Of a stretch of DNA of 64,000 nucleotides, positions 17,788 through 27,425 are shown one piece after another (positions within the stretch are counted from its first letter, which is position 1; each line of letters begins with the position of its first letter). The DNA is from Escherichia phage vB_EcoM-CHD94UKE2. The notes below the pieces were generated by a model that searched no databases, was not told the origin of the DNA, and worked only from the letters and a program-made list of their open reading frames with translations. The stretch lies in sequence record MZ234031.1. One strand, 5' to 3'. The translations under genes were made by a program, and so were the position numbers.

Positions 17788-19965
17788 ATGATTATCACCA
17801 CTGAAAAAGAAACAATTCTTGGTAATGGTTCTAAATCAAAAGCATTTAGCATCACAGCATCTCCTAAAGTATTTAAAATTCTATCATCTGATTTGTACAC
17901 AAACAAGATTCGCGCAGTAGTCCGTGAATTGATTACCAACATGATTGATGCCCATGCTCTCAATGGAAATCCTGAAAAATTTATCATTCAAGTTCCTGGA
18001 CGTTTAGACCCACGATTTGTTTGTCGAGATTTTGGTCCGGGTATGAGTGATTTTGATATTCAGGGTGATGATAATTCTCCTGGGTTGTATAATTCATACT
18101 TCAGTTCATCTAAAGCTGAATCTAATGACTTTATTGGCGGATTTGGTTTAGGTTCTAAATCTCCGTTTAGTTATACTGATACGTTTAGTATTACTTCGTA
18201 TCATAAAGGTGAAATTCGTGGTTATGTAGCTTACATGGATGGTGATGGCCCACAGATTAAACCTACATTCGTAAAAGAAATGGGTCCAGATGATAAAACT
18301 GGTATTGAAATCGTAGTTCCAGTTGAAGAAAAAGACTTTAGAAACTTTGCTTATGAAGTTTCTTATATCATGCGACCATTCAAAGATTTGGCTATCATTA
18401 ATGGTCTTGACCGCGAAATTGATTATTTTCCGGATTTTGATGATTATTACGGCATAAATCCAGAAAGATACTGGCCTGATCGTGGTGGATTATATGCTAT
18501 CTATGGCGGTATTGTTTATCCTATCGATGGTGTTATTAAAGACCGTAACTGGCTAAGCATTCGTAATGAAGTGAATTACATTAAGTTTCCAATGGGTTCG
18601 CTTGATATTGCTCCATCACGCGAAGCTCTTTCACTAGATGATCGTACTCGTAAAAATATTATTGAACGAGTTAAAGAACTCAGTGAGAAAGCATTTAATG
18701 AAGATGTAAAACGATTTAAAGAATCTACATCTCCTCGTCACACATATCGTGAATTGATGAAGATGGGATATTCTGCTCGAGATTATATGATTAGTAATTC
18801 AGTCAAATTCACGACTAAAAATCTGTCATATAAAAAGATGCAGAGCATGTTTGAACCTGACAATAAGTTATGTAATGCAGGAGTTGTGTATGAAGTAAAT
18901 CTTGATCCTCGACTGAAGCGCATTAAGCAAAGTCATGAAACTTCAGCCGTTGCATCAAGTTATCGTCTGTTTGGTATTAATACAACAAAAATTAATATCG
19001 TTATTGATAATATTAAAAATCGTGTTAATATTGTTCGTGGATTAGCACGAGCGTTAGATGATAGTGAATTTAATAACACTTTGAATATTCATCATAATGA
19101 GCGTCTTCTGTTTATTAATCCAGAAGTAGAATCGCAGATTGATTTGCTTCCTGATATTATGGCGATGTTTGAAAGTGATGAAGTTAACATTCATTATTTG
19201 TCAGAAATTGAAGCTTTAGTTAAAAGCTATATTCCAAAGGTAGTTAAAAGTAAAGCTCCTCGTCCTAAAGCTGCTACAGCATTTAAGTTTGAAATTAAAG
19301 ACGGGCGCTGGGAAAAAGAGGAATTATTTACGCTCACATCAGAAGCAGATGAAATTACTGGGTATGTAGCGTATATGCATCGTTCTGATATTTTCTCTAT
19401 GGATGGTACTACATCTCTTTGTCATCCATCTATGAATATTTTGATTCGTATGGCTAATCTTATTGGCATTAATGAGTTTTATGTTATTCGTCCGCTTTTG
19501 CAGAAAAAGGTAAAAGAACTCGGTCAGTGCCAATGTATTTTTGAAACTCTGCGTGATTTATATGTAGATGCTTTTGATGATGTAGATTATGATAAGTACG
19601 TAGGTTATTCAAGTTCAGCTCAACGATATATTGATAAAATTATCAAGTATCCTGAACTAGATTTTATGATGAAGTACTTCAGTACAGATGAAGTTTCTGA
19701 AGAATATACACGACTCGCTAATATAGTTAGTTCATTGCGCGGTGTATATTTTAATGGTGGAAAAGATACCATCGGTCATGATATCTGGACAGTAACTAAT
19801 CTTTTTGATGTATTATCAAATAATGCTTCAAAAAACAGTGATAAAATGGTTGCTGAGTTTACCAAGAAATTCCGTATTGTTTCCGACTTCATCGGATATC
19901 GCAACTCTTTAAGTGATGATGAAGTTTCCCAAATCGCTAAAACTATGAAGGCCCTTGCGGCCTAA
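17788..19965 (+). CDS. rIIA: rIIA protein (membrane-associated, lysis inhibition / Rex exclusion)
   Basis: 725 aa, same length as T4 rIIA; followed directly by a 312 aa rIIB. Confidence 0.8.
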   Translation: MIITTEKETILGNGSKSKAFSITASPKVFKILSSDLYTNKIRAVVRELITNMIDAHALNGNPEKFIIQVPGRLDPRFVCRDFGPGMSDFDIQGDDNSPGLYNSYFSSSKAESNDFIGGFGLGSKSPFSYTDTFSITSYHKGEIRGYVAYMDGDGPQIKPTFVKEMGPDDKTGIEIVVPVEEKDFRNFAYEVSYIMRPFKDLAIINGLDREIDYFPDFDDYYGINPERYWPDRGGLYAIYGGIVYPIDGVIKDRNWLSIRNEVNYIKFPMGSLDIAPSREALSLDDRTRKNIIERVKELSEKAFNEDVKRFKESTSPRHTYRELMKMGYSARDYMISNSVKFTTKNLSYKKMQSMFEPDNKLCNAGVVYEVNLDPRLKRIKQSHETSAVASSYRLFGINTTKINIVIDNIKNRVNIVRGLARALDDSEFNNTLNIHHNERLLFINPEVESQIDLLPDIMAMFESDEVNIHYLSEIEALVKSYIPKVVKSKAPRPKAATAFKFEIKDGRWEKEELFTLTSEADEITGYVAYMHRSDIFSMDGTTSLCHPSMNILIRMANLIGINEFYVIRPLLQKKVKELGQCQCIFETLRDLYVDAFDDVDYDKYVGYSSSAQRYIDKIIKYPELDFMMKYFSTDEVSEEYTRLANIVSSLRGVYFNGGKDTIGHDIWTVTNLFDVLSNNASKNSDKMVAEFTKKFRIVSDFIGYRNSLSDDEVSQIAKTMKALAA

Positions 19966-19976
19966 TAAGGAAAATT

Positions 19977-20915
19977 ATGTACAATATTAAATGCCTGACC
20001 AAAAACGAACAAGCTGAAATTGTTAAACTGTATTCAAGTGGTAATTACACCCAGCAGGAATTGGCTGATTGGCAAGGTGTATCGGTTGACACAATCCGTC
20101 GTGTTTTGAAAAATGCTGAAGAAGCAGAACGCTCTAAAGTTACTATTAGCGGTGACATTACAGTTAAAGTTAATAGCGATGCAGTTATTGCTCCAGTTGC
20201 TAAATCTGACATTATTTGGAATGCATCTAAAAAATTCATTTCAATTACTGTTGACGGTGTAACTTATAACGCAACTCCTAATACTCATTCAAACTTCCAG
20301 GAAATTCTTAATCTGCTTGTAGCGGATAAGTTGGAAGAAGCGGCACAAAAAATTAATGTTCGTCGCGCTGTTGAAAAATATATTTCCGGCGATGTTCGAA
20401 TTGAAGGTGGAAGCTTATTCTATCAAAATATTGAATTGCGGTCTGGTTTGGTTGATCGTATTCTTGATTCGATGGAAAAAGGCGAAAACTTTGAATTTTA
20501 TTTTCCGTTCTTGAAAAATCTGCTGGAAAACCCAAGCCAGAAAGCGGTATCTCGACTCTTTGATTTCTTGGTAGCAAACGATATTGAAATTACAGAAGAT
20601 GGTTACTTCTATGCTTGGAAAGTAGTTCGTAGCAATTACTTTGATTGTCACTCAAACACTTTTGATAACAGTCCTGGTAAAGTAGTTAAAATGCCGCGTA
20701 CTCGTGTGAATGACGATGATACGCAAACTTGTTCCCGCGGTTTGCATGTATGTTCTAAATCTTATATTCGTCACTTTGGCAGTTCAACCAGCCGAGTCGT
20801 AAAAGTTAAAGTACATCCGCGTGATGTAGTATCAATTCCGATTGATTACAACGATGCTAAAATGCGTACCTGCCAATACGAAGTAGTTGAAGACGTTACT
20901 GAACAATTTAAATAA
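19977..20915 (+). CDS. rIIB: rIIB protein
   Basis: 312 aa, same length as T4 rIIB; adjacent to rIIA. Confidence 0.8.
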   Translation: MYNIKCLTKNEQAEIVKLYSSGNYTQQELADWQGVSVDTIRRVLKNAEEAERSKVTISGDITVKVNSDAVIAPVAKSDIIWNASKKFISITVDGVTYNATPNTHSNFQEILNLLVADKLEEAAQKINVRRAVEKYISGDVRIEGGSLFYQNIELRSGLVDRILDSMEKGENFEFYFPFLKNLLENPSQKAVSRLFDFLVANDIEITEDGYFYAWKVVRSNYFDCHSNTFDNSPGKVVKMPRTRVNDDDTQTCSRGLHVCSKSYIRHFGSSTSRVVKVKVHPRDVVSIPIDYNDAKMRTCQYEVVEDVTEQFK

Positions 20916-20929
20916 GGGCTTCGGCCCTT
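20914..20929 (+). other. UUCG-loop hairpin right after the rIIB stop (no T-run)
   Basis: AAGGGC-TTCG-GCCCTT. Confidence 0.5.
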
Positions 20930-20943
20930 AACTAAGGAAAATT

Positions 20944-21138
20944 ATGTTAGGTTATCAAGCACGAGTAAAAGAAGAATACGATCAATTAATGCTCAAAATT
21001 AATGCACTTAGCAATTTTTTAGAAAGCACAAAGTTTCTAACGGTTAGTGCAGTTGAGCAAGAATTGCTACTTTCGCAGTTTATCTCAATGAAATCTTACG
21101 CAGATTGTTTAGAAAAAAGAATTGCACAATTCAAATAA
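20944..21138 (+). CDS. Hypothetical small protein, 64 aa
   Basis: ORF with SD AAGGAAA. Confidence 0.4.
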   Translation: MLGYQARVKEEYDQLMLKINALSNFLESTKFLTVSAVEQELLLSQFISMKSYADCLEKRIAQFK

Positions 21139-21141
21139 AAT

Positions 21142-21164
21142 AAGGGCTTCGGCCCTTTTGTTTT
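21142..21164 (+). terminator. Rho-independent terminator
   Basis: AAGGGC-TTCG-GCCCTT then TTTGTTTT. Confidence 0.7.
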
Positions 21165-21201
21165 AAGGGAAATTATGATTCCGACATAAAGGAAAGTTTA
21201 A

Positions 21202-21759
21202 ATGCAGAAAACGAATCCGGGTTTGCAGAGACTATTTCAGATTCCGTCATTTACCCTATCGAACAGTGACTTGACTAGTGAAATGAAGGTCAAAATTGCT
21301 GATACTGCAAGATACTCTTTAAAACAAAACCCGAACCAGGATAAAGCAGAAGTTATCGAAAGATGTCGTATCGCTGTGTACGCAGAGTTTTTTGTGGCAG
21401 ATTGGCTAAGAGGGTATGTTAACAAAGGCCAAGAGGATGTTAATGACCCGTATACATACGCATGGGATGTACTGGCGCATCCAAAATACTGCGGGCTTCG
21501 TGTAGAAGTTAAGACACATCAAACTGACTCACGTTGGATTTCGGTAACAACAGGATGCAGCGGAGAGTATCCATATGGTTCTGGAATAAATCTAGGGCCC
21601 ATTCTAAATCATCAAGTCGCTGACTGTATAATTATATTCAACACTAAAGAAATTCATCCAGGTGTCATCCAGTACACTCCGAAGTTCATCGGTGACAGAG
21701 AAGACCTTCGTAAGGTTGTAAGAAAAAGCAACTACAATGGATGGTATCTTTCCATTTAA
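21202..21759 (+). CDS. denB: Endonuclease IV DenB-like
   Basis: 185 aa, same length as T4 DenB; position next to rIIB; assignment from synteny and size. Confidence 0.5.
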   Translation: MQKTNPGLQRLFQIPSFTLSNSDLTSEMKVKIADTARYSLKQNPNQDKAEVIERCRIAVYAEFFVADWLRGYVNKGQEDVNDPYTYAWDVLAHPKYCGLRVEVKTHQTDSRWISVTTGCSGEYPYGSGINLGPILNHQVADCIIIFNTKEIHPGVIQYTPKFIGDREDLRKVVRKSNYNGWYLSI

Positions 21760-21775
21760 AAATTTTCACAAAACG

Positions 21776-21805
21776 GTTTACATACCACAAGGACTGTGGT
21801 ACTAT
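21776..21805 (+). promoter_or_regulatory. T4-type early promoter
   Basis: GTTTACATACCACAAGGACTGTGGTACTAT; preceded by conserved TTTTCACAAAACG block. Confidence 0.55.
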
Positions 21806-21832
21806 ACAACTATCAGCTACGGAGGAGTAAAA

Positions 21833-22096
21833 ATGAAATTTAAATTTTATTACGCTAAACATAAAATTACCGGTGAATTTATTGCATTTACGACTTCAAC
21901 TACAGATGAAGGAGATATTTTTACTGCAGTATTTTTATCAAAATGGGAATCAGATCAACCTTACTTATCATCACGTGAAGATCTCCAACGATTAGTTAAT
22001 GGAGAATATAATGATTCATGGTCATATTTAGTCCATGATTGTGTTAAAAAGGCAATAAAACAAAAACACTTGGAAATCGTTGAGATTGAACTATGA
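21833..22096 (+). CDS. Hypothetical protein, about 87 aa
   Basis: ATG 21833 after SD GGAGGAG. Confidence 0.45.
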   Translation: MKFKFYYAKHKITGEFIAFTTSTTDEGDIFTAVFLSKWESDQPYLSSREDLQRLVNGEYNDSWSYLVHDCVKKAIKQKHLEIVEIEL

Positions 22097-22179
22097 GTTC
22101 ATTATGGTGGTGTTTCGTTTGGTTAATTAGTATTCCATTAATTTGTTTAACATTTACTTTTGTGATGAGGTTATTATGA
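22093..22179 (+). CDS. Small hydrophobic peptide, 28 aa
   Basis: MSSLWWCFVWLISIPLICLTFTFVMRLL; ATGA overlaps with both neighbours. Confidence 0.35.
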   Translation: MSSLWWCFVWLISIPLICLTFTFVMRLL

Positions 22180-22274
22180 AAATTTTGAATTCTGTGCTTA
22201 TTGCTTGTGCGTGGTGGGTTGCGCAAGTTTCAGCAGTAGTAGTTGGTATTCACATTTATTACGAATATTTTTAA
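22176..22274 (+). CDS. Small hydrophobic peptide, 32 aa
   Basis: MKILNSVLIACAWWVAQVSAVVVGIHIYYEYF; ATGA overlap. Confidence 0.35.
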   Translation: MKILNSVLIACAWWVAQVSAVVVGIHIYYEYF

Positions 22275-22282
22275 AAAAGTTG

Positions 22283-22311
22283 TTTACAAGACTGTTCTTC
22301 CGTGGTATTAT
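22283..22311 (+). promoter_or_regulatory. T4-type early promoter
   Basis: GTTTACAAGACTGTTCTTCCGTGGTATTAT. Confidence 0.5.
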
Positions 22312-22339
22312 TACCCTATCAACTACGGAGGAACAGAAA

Positions 22340-22453
22340 ATGAAAAAGATTGTTAAAGCTATATGGAATGTAGTTATAATACTAATAGTTTTGAGTATAT
22401 TCCCAATCGTTTTAATGATTGATGTATTAAACGCTTACTTTGGATTTATGTGA
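22340..22453 (+). CDS. Small membrane peptide, 37 aa
   Basis: ATG 22340 after GGAGGAACAG; hydrophobic core IWNVVIILIVLSIFPIVLMI. Confidence 0.4.
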   Translation: MKKIVKAIWNVVIILIVLSIFPIVLMIDVLNAYFGFM

Positions 22454-22460
22454 GGAAAAT

Positions 22461-22658
22461 ATGAAGCGTAAACGCAGTGCTTTTACATTTATTGAATGGT
22501 TTTTCGATAATATTTTTCCGGCTTTATTCATTTTCATGCTGATTTTTGCTTTAGGTTCAGTTGTAGTTGGAATCTATTTGATGACAGTAGTCGGAATTGA
22601 TATTCATCAAAATGGTTTAAAATCCGTAGTTGAAACAATTTGGAACGGTGTAAAATGA
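22461..22658 (+). CDS. Small membrane protein, about 65 aa
   Basis: ATG 22461 in frame within track ORF 22440..22658. Confidence 0.4.
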   Translation: MKRKRSAFTFIEWFFDNIFPALFIFMLIFALGSVVVGIYLMTVVGIDIHQNGLKSVVETIWNGVK

Positions 22659-22765
22659 TGAATTTGCTGAGCGGTTGGTTTTATATTCTTATGTTTTACA
22701 TTGGCGCAAATTTTCCATATTGGATGGGATGGTCAACAACTGCGTTTGGATTTTATACTCCTTGA
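22655..22765 (+). CDS. Small hydrophobic peptide, 36 aa
   Basis: MMNLLSGWFYILMFYIGANFPYWMGW...; ATGA overlap. Confidence 0.3.
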   Translation: MMNLLSGWFYILMFYIGANFPYWMGWSTTAFGFYTP

Positions 22766-22773
22766 GGTGAATT

Positions 22774-22989
22774 ATGAAAATCTTTAAAGATGTAAAAGTT
22801 GGTGAAATTTTCTGTTTAGATAACGGTGATCAGTTAATTCGTATTTCACCTCTTAAGAGCACTAGCGAGAAACCGACAGTTAACGCTACTTTAGCAAACA
22901 ATAGTAATGAACGTTTCTGTATTGAAAATGATACTGAAACTTATACCGTAGAAGAGTTTTGGGAATTGAGCGTCGACTGCGACGATTAA
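22774..22989 (+). CDS. Hypothetical protein, 71 aa
   Basis: ORF with SD. Confidence 0.45.
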   Translation: MKIFKDVKVGEIFCLDNGDQLIRISPLKSTSEKPTVNATLANNSNERFCIENDTETYTVEEFWELSVDCDD

Positions 22990-23049
22990 TTTAATGGCCG
23001 TGTGTATTCATGCGGCCTTGGAGTAGAAAATAATTTAGAGGAAATTAAT

Positions 23050-23508
23050 ATGAAATACATGACTGTTACTGATCTGAATAATGCAGGCGCTACCGTTATT
23101 GGTACAATCAAGAACGGTGAATGGTTTTTGGGAGTTCCACATAAAGATATTTTATCTAAACCTGGATTTTACTTTTTAGTAAGTAAATTAGATGGTCGTC
23201 CATTTAGTAATCCATGTGTGTCTGCACGATTTTATGTAGGTAATCAGCGTTCTAAGCAAGGATTTAGTGCGGTTCTAAGTCATATTCGTCAACGTCGGTC
23301 TCAGCTTGCGCGTACTATTGCAAATAACAATGTTCCATACACAGTATTTTATCTGCCTGCTTCTAAGATGAAACCTCTGACTACGGGATTTGGAAAAGGT
23401 CAGTTAGCTTTGGCGTTTATTCGTAATCATCATTCTGAGTATCAAACACTTGAAGAAATGAACCGTATGTTGGCTGATAACTTTAAATTCGTTTTGCAGG
23501 CATATTAA
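23050..23508 (+). CDS. ndd: Nucleoid disruption protein Ndd-like
   Basis: ATG 23050 gives 152 aa (T4 Ndd about 151 aa); located just before stp as in T4. Confidence 0.5.
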   Translation: MKYMTVTDLNNAGATVIGTIKNGEWFLGVPHKDILSKPGFYFLVSKLDGRPFSNPCVSARFYVGNQRSKQGFSAVLSHIRQRRSQLARTIANNNVPYTVFYLPASKMKPLTTGFGKGQLALAFIRNHHSEYQTLEEMNRMLADNFKFVLQAY

Positions 23509-23588
23509 TGAGTAATTTCCACAACGAACATGTGATGCAGTTCTATCGTAATAATTTTAAAACTAAAGGCGTCTTCGGACGCCAGTGA
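23508..23588 (+). CDS. stp: Stp peptide (activator of host PrrC anticodon nuclease), 26 aa
   Basis: [26 protein letters not shown]; 26 aa as for T4 Stp; start overlaps ndd stop (TAATG). Confidence 0.7.
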   Translation: MSNFHNEHVMQFYRNNFKTKGVFGRQ

Positions 23589-23595
23589 GGAAAAT

Positions 23596-23754
23596 ATAAA
23601 TATTGCAAAATTATTAGGAGTTATTTCATTTATTTGTTGGATAGTAGCATGTGTTTTAACTATCTGTATTGATGTCAGCAGTGTGTTTTCGCAAGCTTTA
23701 GCTCAGGGTATGTGTGCATATTTAACATTTGTGTTGTTATCTACTAATGATTAA
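23596..23754 (+). CDS. ac: ac-like small membrane protein; no canonical start codon (ATA at the expected start)
   Basis: Hydrophobic frame (N)INIAKLLGVISFICWIVACVLTICIDVSS... opens after TGA 23533-23535 with no ATG/GTG/TTG; SD GAGG 23587-23590 is 5 nt before ATA 23596. Confidence 0.35.
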   Translation: MNIAKLLGVISFICWIVACVLTICIDVSSVFSQALAQGMCAYLTFVLLSTND

Positions 23755-23887
23755 GAAAATCTTGGGCTATTCATTAGCCCTTGCTATTTTATTGATAGCA
23801 TTATATTACGGAATAATGTTCGGATTAATTCAAGTCGTGCTTTTCATTTCTGATGTTATTATGGCACTACATTCACTAGTATGGTAA
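23747..23887 (+). CDS. Small membrane peptide, 46 aa
   Basis: MIKKILGYSLALAILLIALYYGIMFGLIQVVLFISDVIMALHSLVW. Confidence 0.35.
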   Translation: MIKKILGYSLALAILLIALYYGIMFGLIQVVLFISDVIMALHSLVW

Positions 23888-23891
23888 ATTT

Positions 23892-25220
23892 ATGCAACTG
23901 AATAATCGTGATTTAAAAAGTATCATTGATAATGAAGCATTGGCTTATGCTATGTACACGGTTGAAAATCGTGCCATTCCAAATATGATTGACGGATTTA
24001 AGCCAGTTCAACGATTTGTTATTGCTCGAGCTCTTGATTTGGCACGAGGAAATAAAGATAAGTTTCACAAACTCGCTTCTATCGCAGGCGGTGTAGCGGA
24101 CCTTGGATATCATCATGGTGAAAACTCTGCGCAAGACGCAGGTGCTTTGATGGCTAACACTTGGAATAATAACTTTCCTCTGTTAGACGGTCAAGGAAAC
24201 TTTGGTTCTCGTACTGTCCAAAAGGCAGCAGCAAGTCGTTATATTTTTGCTCGTGTAAGTAAAAATTTCTATAACGTATATAAAGATACTGAATATGCTC
24301 CAGTACATCAAGATAAAGAACACATTCCGCCTGCTTTCTATTTGCCTATTATTCCTACTGTTCTTCTTAATGGCGTTTCCGGTATTGCAACTGGTTATGC
24401 AACTTACATTCTTCCTCATAGTGTTTCTTCTGTCAAGAAAGCTGTACTGCAAGCTCTTCAAGGAAAGAAAGTAACTAAACCGAAGGTAGAATTCCCAGAA
24501 TTTCGTGGTGAAGTCGTTGAAATTGATGGGCAATATGAAATTCGTGGAACATATAAGTTTACTTCACGAACTCAAATGCATATCACTGAGATTCCATATA
24601 AGTATGATCGTGAAACTTATGTGAGTAAAATCTTAGACCCGCTTGAAGATAAAGGCTTCATTACATGGGATGATGCTTGTGGTGAGCATGGCTTTGGCTT
24701 CAAAGTTAAATTCCGAAAAGAATACTCTTTGAGCGATAATGAAGAAGAACGCCATGCAAAAATTATGAAAGACTTCGGGTTGATTGAGCGTCGTTCCCAG
24801 AATATTACCGTCATTAATGAGAAAGGAAAGCTGCAAGTTTACGATAATGTAGTTGATTTAATCAAAGACTTCGTTGAAGTTCGTAAAACTTATGTCCAAA
24901 AACGAATTGATAACAAAATCAAAGAAACTGAATCAGCATTTCGTTTAGCTTTTGCCAAGGCACATTTCATTAAGAAAGTAATTTCAGGTGAAATTGTTGT
25001 ACAAGGTAAAACTCGCAAAGAACTGACCGAAGAACTTTCTAAAATTGATATGTATTCTTCTTATGTTGATAAACTAGTTGGAATGAACATTTTTCATATG
25101 ACTTCCGACGAAGCAAAGAAACTTGCTGAAGAAGCTAAAGCCAAAAAAGAAGAAAACGAATATTGGAAAACTACTGATGTAGTTACAGAATACACCAAAG
25201 ATTTAGAGGAAATCAAATGA
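23892..25220 (+). CDS. 52: DNA topoisomerase II medium subunit gp52 (GyrA-like)
   Basis: 442 aa, same length as T4 gp52; GyrA-type N-terminal region. Confidence 0.85.
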   Translation: MQLNNRDLKSIIDNEALAYAMYTVENRAIPNMIDGFKPVQRFVIARALDLARGNKDKFHKLASIAGGVADLGYHHGENSAQDAGALMANTWNNNFPLLDGQGNFGSRTVQKAAASRYIFARVSKNFYNVYKDTEYAPVHQDKEHIPPAFYLPIIPTVLLNGVSGIATGYATYILPHSVSSVKKAVLQALQGKKVTKPKVEFPEFRGEVVEIDGQYEIRGTYKFTSRTQMHITEIPYKYDRETYVSKILDPLEDKGFITWDDACGEHGFGFKVKFRKEYSLSDNEEERHAKIMKDFGLIERRSQNITVINEKGKLQVYDNVVDLIKDFVEVRKTYVQKRIDNKIKETESAFRLAFAKAHFIKKVISGEIVVQGKTRKELTEELSKIDMYSSYVDKLVGMNIFHMTSDEAKKLAEEAKAKKEENEYWKTTDVVTEYTKDLEEIK

Positions 25221-25366
25221 GTCCATTCATTGGTATCACAAGCGCTGCATTAGTATCTGGTGGCATTTTACTGGCGGGTTTAGGTGTTGTTCCTGCCGTA
25301 GCAGGAGGTCTTCTTGCGTTCGGAATTCAACGTGTTATCATGACAGTTATCACAGTCATGCAGTAA
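25217..25366 (+). CDS. Small membrane protein, 49 aa
   Basis: Gly/Ala/Val-rich hydrophobic ORF overlapping the gene 52 stop; read by hand. Confidence 0.35.
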   Translation: MSPFIGITSAALVSGGILLAGLGVVPAVAGGLLAFGIQRVIMTVITVMQ

Positions 25367-25371
25367 TTTTA

Positions 25372-25398
25372 GGGAGAGCCTCGGCTCTCCCTTTTTAT
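25372..25398 (+). terminator. Rho-independent terminator
   Basis: GGGAGAGCC-TC-GGCTCTCCC then TTTTTATTT. Confidence 0.75.
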
Positions 25399-25421
25399 TT
25401 CAAAAATTTTTTCACAAAACG

Positions 25422-25451
25422 GTTTACAACCAAAGCATACTGTGGTACTAT
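25422..25451 (+). promoter_or_regulatory. T4-type early promoter
   Basis: GTTTACAACCAAAGCATACTGTGGTACTAT; preceded by TTTTCACAAAACG block. Confidence 0.55.
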
Positions 25452-25500
25452 ACAACTATCAAATAAATGAACTGAAACAAACAACCCGGAGATACAAAAA

Positions 25501-25728
25501 ATGAAATTTAAAATCGAAAACGAAATCGTTAAAGCTAAAAATGCTCTGACTGCTAACAAACTGGTTGTAGATGGTATTGAATATGATATCTGTGGAGTTC
25601 GTGAAGAAAAACCTGGTGTTCTGACTTTCTTCACAATGATTTTTAAATTTAAAGGTGACACAGAATTCAAACAGTTTGATTTTGCCCATGAAGACGAAAT
25701 CGAAGTTCGTAATCTGAACATTAAGTAA
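25501..25728 (+). CDS. Hypothetical protein, 75 aa
   Basis: ORF; 5' UTR shares TATCAAATAAATGAACTGAAAC with the motA leader. Confidence 0.45.
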   Translation: MKFKIENEIVKAKNALTANKLVVDGIEYDICGVREEKPGVLTFFTMIFKFKGDTEFKQFDFAHEDEIEVRNLNIK

Positions 25729-25767
25729 GTACTTTATTAGAGCTCTTGAAAAAGAGTGCAAAAAAGT

Positions 25768-25796
25768 GTTTACTTCTGCTTTAAACATGATACTAT
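25768..25796 (+). promoter_or_regulatory. T4-type early promoter upstream of motA
   Basis: GTTTACTTCTGCTTTAAACATGATACTAT. Confidence 0.5.
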
Positions 25797-25833
25797 AGAC
25801 CTATCAAATAAATGAACTGAAACGGAGATTAAA

Positions 25834-26469
25834 ATGTCTAAAGTAACTTACATCATCAAAGCTTCTAACGATATTCTGAATGAAAAAACTGCTGCGATTT
25901 TAATTACCATTGCTAAGAAAGATTTCATTACAGCTGCAGAAGTTCGTGAGGTGCATCCAGATTTAGGCAATGCAGTAGTTAATAGTAATATTGGGGTATT
26001 GATTAAAAAAGGCCTGGTGGAGAAATCTGGTGATGGATTAATCATTACTGGTGAAGCTCAGGATATTATTTCAAATGCAGCAACTTTATACGCACAGGAA
26101 AACGCTCCGGAACTGCTGAAAAAACGAGCAACTCGTAAAGCTCGCGAAATTACTTCTGATATGGAAGAAGATAAAGACTTCATGTTAAAACTTTTAGATG
26201 AAAATGGATTTGTTCTTAAAAAGGTTGAAACTTACCGCAGTAACTATCTCGCTATTTTAGAAAAACGCACTCACGGAATTCGTAATTTTGAAATTAACAA
26301 CAATGGAAATATGCGAATTTTTGGATACAAAATGATGGAACATCATATTCAGAAATTTACTGACATCGGAATGTCATGTAAAATCGCTAAAAACGGTAAT
26401 GTGTATCTTGACATTAAACGTTCGGCAGAAAACATTGAAGCTGTAATCACTGTAGCATCTGAACTGTGA
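25834..26469 (+). CDS. motA: Middle-transcription activator MotA
   Basis: 211 aa, same length as T4 MotA; location between 52 and asiA. Confidence 0.7.
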   Translation: MSKVTYIIKASNDILNEKTAAILITIAKKDFITAAEVREVHPDLGNAVVNSNIGVLIKKGLVEKSGDGLIITGEAQDIISNAATLYAQENAPELLKKRATRKAREITSDMEEDKDFMLKLLDENGFVLKKVETYRSNYLAILEKRTHGIRNFEINNNGNMRIFGYKMMEHHIQKFTDIGMSCKIAKNGNVYLDIKRSAENIEAVITVASEL

Positions 26470-26479
26470 GGAATAAATA

Positions 26480-26809
26480 ATGAACAAGTTAGAAATTGTC
26501 AATGAACTTCGTCGTTGTGTAGAACCTACTCAAGAGGGTTGGGACATCTGGTACCATGGAGCTTATCTTGGAACTATCGTAAAGATTAAGACTGGCAAAT
26601 ACATGATTATTCGTGAAAGTAAAGATGCTCCAGTAGGTATTCGCAATAATTTCATGGCAGCTATAAGTTCCTTTATGGATTCAGCTTACGAAATTTACCT
26701 TGCTGATTATAAAGAATTCCATGAATCTCAACCAGTTATTCGCTCAATTGGTGTTAACAAAGCTCAACAGAAAACTTTATGGCAACGTATTAAAGGATGG
26801 TTTAAATGA
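26480..26809 (+). CDS. Hypothetical protein, 109 aa
   Basis: ORF. Confidence 0.45.
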   Translation: MNKLEIVNELRRCVEPTQEGWDIWYHGAYLGTIVKIKTGKYMIIRESKDAPVGIRNNFMAAISSFMDSAYEIYLADYKEFHESQPVIRSIGVNKAQQKTLWQRIKGWFK

Positions 26810-26961
26810 AAACATTTAAAATTGTCGTAGAATTTTATAACGGCGAAGGTGTAGTCCATCTTAAAGCGGCCAACCAGTTTGATGCGGTAAGAGTATATTG
26901 TCAATGCTTTGAAAGTTCTAAACAAGCTATAAAAATTAAAAGTGTTGAGGAAACCAAATGA
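26806..26961 (+). CDS. Hypothetical small protein, 51 aa
   Basis: ATGA-coupled ORF read by hand. Confidence 0.3.
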   Translation: MKTFKIVVEFYNGEGVVHLKAANQFDAVRVYCQCFESSKQAIKIKSVEETK

Positions 26962-27425
26962 AAACCTTCAAAGAGCGTCTTGAATTATTAGACCTGGCTT
27001 TATTACGTGAAACTCCAGAAAGTCTAGCAGCTAAATTACAGGCCTATGGCGACTACACCGAATATACGGAAGAGGATGTTTTAGAAGAGGTTCCTGAAAT
27101 CTGTTGGCAAGTAGCTCATTGGAACAATAATGAAAAATATCAACGTCGAATTGTGTGTGCAGCCAACCGCTTTAAGTTAAAAGATGGTGGGACTCTGGTT
27201 ATTCCTGGTGCTCGTCATTATTCTAAAGATATGGCTGAAGTTCTTGACCAGGTAAGTGATAAACTTGTATCAGACCATGTTTGTGGTGAAGACCAAGGAT
27301 TTATTGACCAGTATAGCAATTACTGGACACGTGAAGAAGCAATGATTATTGCAACTTACGCTGGACAAGTGCGTATTGAACGTGGTGGTAGTGAAAAAGA
27401 ACTTTACTCTGAGGACCTTTACTAA
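26958..27425 (+). CDS. Hypothetical protein, 155 aa
   Basis: ORF; acidic termini, conserved-looking core CAANRF ... VIPGARH. Confidence 0.45.
   Translation: MKTFKERLELLDLALLRETPESLAAKLQAYGDYTEYTEEDVLEEVPEICWQVAHWNNNEKYQRRIVCAANRFKLKDGGTLVIPGARHYSKDMAEVLDQVSDKLVSDHVCGEDQGFIDQYSNYWTREEAMIIATYAGQVRIERGGSEKELYSEDLY

Noticed and set aside
22205-22453. 82 aa ORF from the six-frame track
   Set aside because: It spans an early promoter (22283..22311); the likely real gene is only the 37 aa C-terminal part starting at ATG 22340 with its own SD.
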